From NCBI RefSeq assembly GCF_036971445.1, contig NC_091481.1, positions 68,510,001 to 68,574,000 of the forward strand: 64,000 nucleotides of DNA, written 5' to 3'. The first letter of the stretch is position 1; every line of letters starts with the position of its first letter. The position numbers and the translations under genes are program-made. Shown here one piece after another: positions 62,480-64,000 of the stretch. This DNA is from Narcine bancroftii (Eukaryota). The notes beneath the pieces are model-generated. The model was not told where the DNA came from. It saw nothing but the letters and a program-made list of their open reading frames with translations, and searched no databases.

Positions 62480-63240
62480 GCGAGCCGGGGGAGGGATCTG
62501 ACACCCGGAGCGGAGAGGGAGCCGGAGCGGAGAGGGAGCCGGGGGGATCTGACACCCGGAGTGGAGAGGGGCGCCGGGGGGGGGATCTGACACCTGGAGC
62601 GGAGAGGGGAGCCGGGGTGGGGGGGAATCTGACACCTGGAGCTGAGAGGGGAGCCGGGGGGATCTGACACCTGGAGCGGAGAGGGGAACCGGGGGAATCT
62701 GACACCTGGAGAGGGGGAGTCGGAGATTTGACACCCGGAGCGGAGAGGGGAGCTGGGGCGATCCGATATCCGGAGCGGAGAGGGGAGCCGGGGGGATCTG
62801 ACACCCGGAGCGGAGAGGGGGACCGGTTGGATCTGACACCCAGAGCAGAGTGGGGGGGGGCGGGGATCTGACACCCGGAGCGGAGAGGGGGGCCGGTTAG
62901 ATCTGACACCCGGAGCAGAGAGGGGAGCCGGGGGGATCTGACACCTGGAGCGGAGAGGGGAACCGGGGGAATCTGACACCTGGAGAGGGGAGTCGGAGAT
63001 TTGACACCTGGAGCGGAGAGGGGAGTCGGAGATTTGACACCCGGAGCGGAGAGGGGAGCTGGGGCGATCCGATATCCGGAGCGGAGAGGGGAGCCGGGGG
63101 GATCTGACACCCGGAGCGGAGAGGGGGGCCGGTTGGATCTGACACCCAGAGCAGAGTGGGGGGGGCGGGGATCTGACACCCGGAGCAGAGAGGGGGGGCC
63201 GGGTGGTGGTGGTGGTGGGGGGGGGGGGAAATCCGACACA
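62480..63240. repeat. G-rich ~37-40 bp minisatellite directly upstream of ADSL
   Basis: GGGGGATCTGACACCCGGAGCGGAGAGGGGAGCC variants arranged with a higher-order repeat. Confidence 0.95.
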
Positions 63241-63241
63241 C

Positions 63242-63343
63242 GGGGCGGAGAGCGAGCAGCGGCTCTATGACCCCTTGACTCGAGCCCGTTCAAGCGGATT
63301 GGTTATTTTTCCGCCAATCAGCCGCGGTGGTAGGGGTCACGTG
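63242..63343 (+). promoter_or_regulatory. ADSL core promoter (GC box, two CCAAT boxes, E-box)
   Basis: GGGGCGGAG 63242; ATTGG 63298; CCAAT 63314; GTCACGTG 63336-63343. Confidence 0.7.
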
Positions 63344-63371
63344 TGGCAGACGGAGTGGCGCGGCCGGTGTC

Positions 63372-63536
63372 ATGGCGCTGCCCGATGGCGGAGTGCGGGG
63401 AGATGTGGAACTTGGCCGTTACCGCTCGCCACTGGTCAGTCGCTACTCGTCCCCTGAAATGGCTTTCAACTTCAGCGAGGCGAAGAAATTCAGCACCTGG
63501 CGCCGGCTGTGGCTGTACCTGGCCAGGGGCGAGAAG
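63372..63536 (+). CDS. ADSL: Adenylosuccinate lyase exon 1 (gene continues beyond the window)
   Basis: [40 protein letters not shown] matches human [39 protein letters not shown]; donor AAG|GTGAG. Confidence 0.95.
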
Positions 63537-64000
63537 GTGAGGAGCCCCGAGAGTGGGATAGGACCGGGGGGATGGTAGCAGGGTAGTGGTGGGAGAAGCT
63601 TGAGGCAGTCCGAGGTTGAGAAGGGGTGGTGGCATGGAGGTAGGGGGTCTGGGGGGTGAGAGAATTCCAGCTGGGAGGGGCCAGGGTGTGGGGTATCTAG
63701 TGGTGGGGGTCAGAGAGAGGGTTCAGAGGGTAGAGGGGGTCTGGGGTGGGAGTTGGAGAAGGCGGCAGAGACCATGATGTCATGTGATTGGTCAGAGGAG
63801 GGAGGAATTAGAGCTGGGATTAGAGAGGGACGTCAAGGATGCTGAGGCTGATAGCTTCTTGATTAACCAGGGCATCAAATGTAATGAGGAGAAGGCCAGG
63901 CAGTTGGGCTGATTGGGAAAATGGATGAGCACATGATTGAATGGCAGGGCAGAATTGATGGGCTGAATGGCCTATTCCTGCTCCTATGTCTTGTGCTTGG

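Noticed and set aside
62310-63293. 327-aa minus-strand ORF divergent from ADSL
   Set aside because: Translation of the VNTR

Overview
Vertebrate genomic DNA, most likely an elasmobranch (inferred from HE1/V-SINE-type SINEs, CR1/L2 and Penelope relics). It contains four + strand housekeeping genes whose human orthologues lie on 22q13: POLDIP3 (9 coding exons, 2807-28043, intact, about 437 aa), RRP7A (7 exons, 38574-48546, with several 1-2 nt frameshifts and a 378-N gap in intron 1), TOMM22 (4 exons, 53857-59074, 125 aa) and exon 1 of ADSL (63372-63536). A complete U12 minor-spliceosome snRNA gene lies on the - strand (51509-51659) with its PSE, ZNF143/SPH distal element and a 3' box-like motif. 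The rest is dense with mobile-element remains: the 3' half of a Gypsy LTR element next to the POLDIP3 promoter, Penelope fragments carrying minimal hammerhead-ribozyme-like motifs (some as long palindromes), a 5S rRNA-headed SINE, young L1 insertions with TSDs, RTE, Rex1/Babar, CR1/L2, Tc1, hAT, Harbinger and Chapaev-like pieces, plus several GC-skewed minisatellites. Gene and family identities come from recalled homology, not from database searches; repeat boundaries are approximate unless TSDs or TIRs are quoted.
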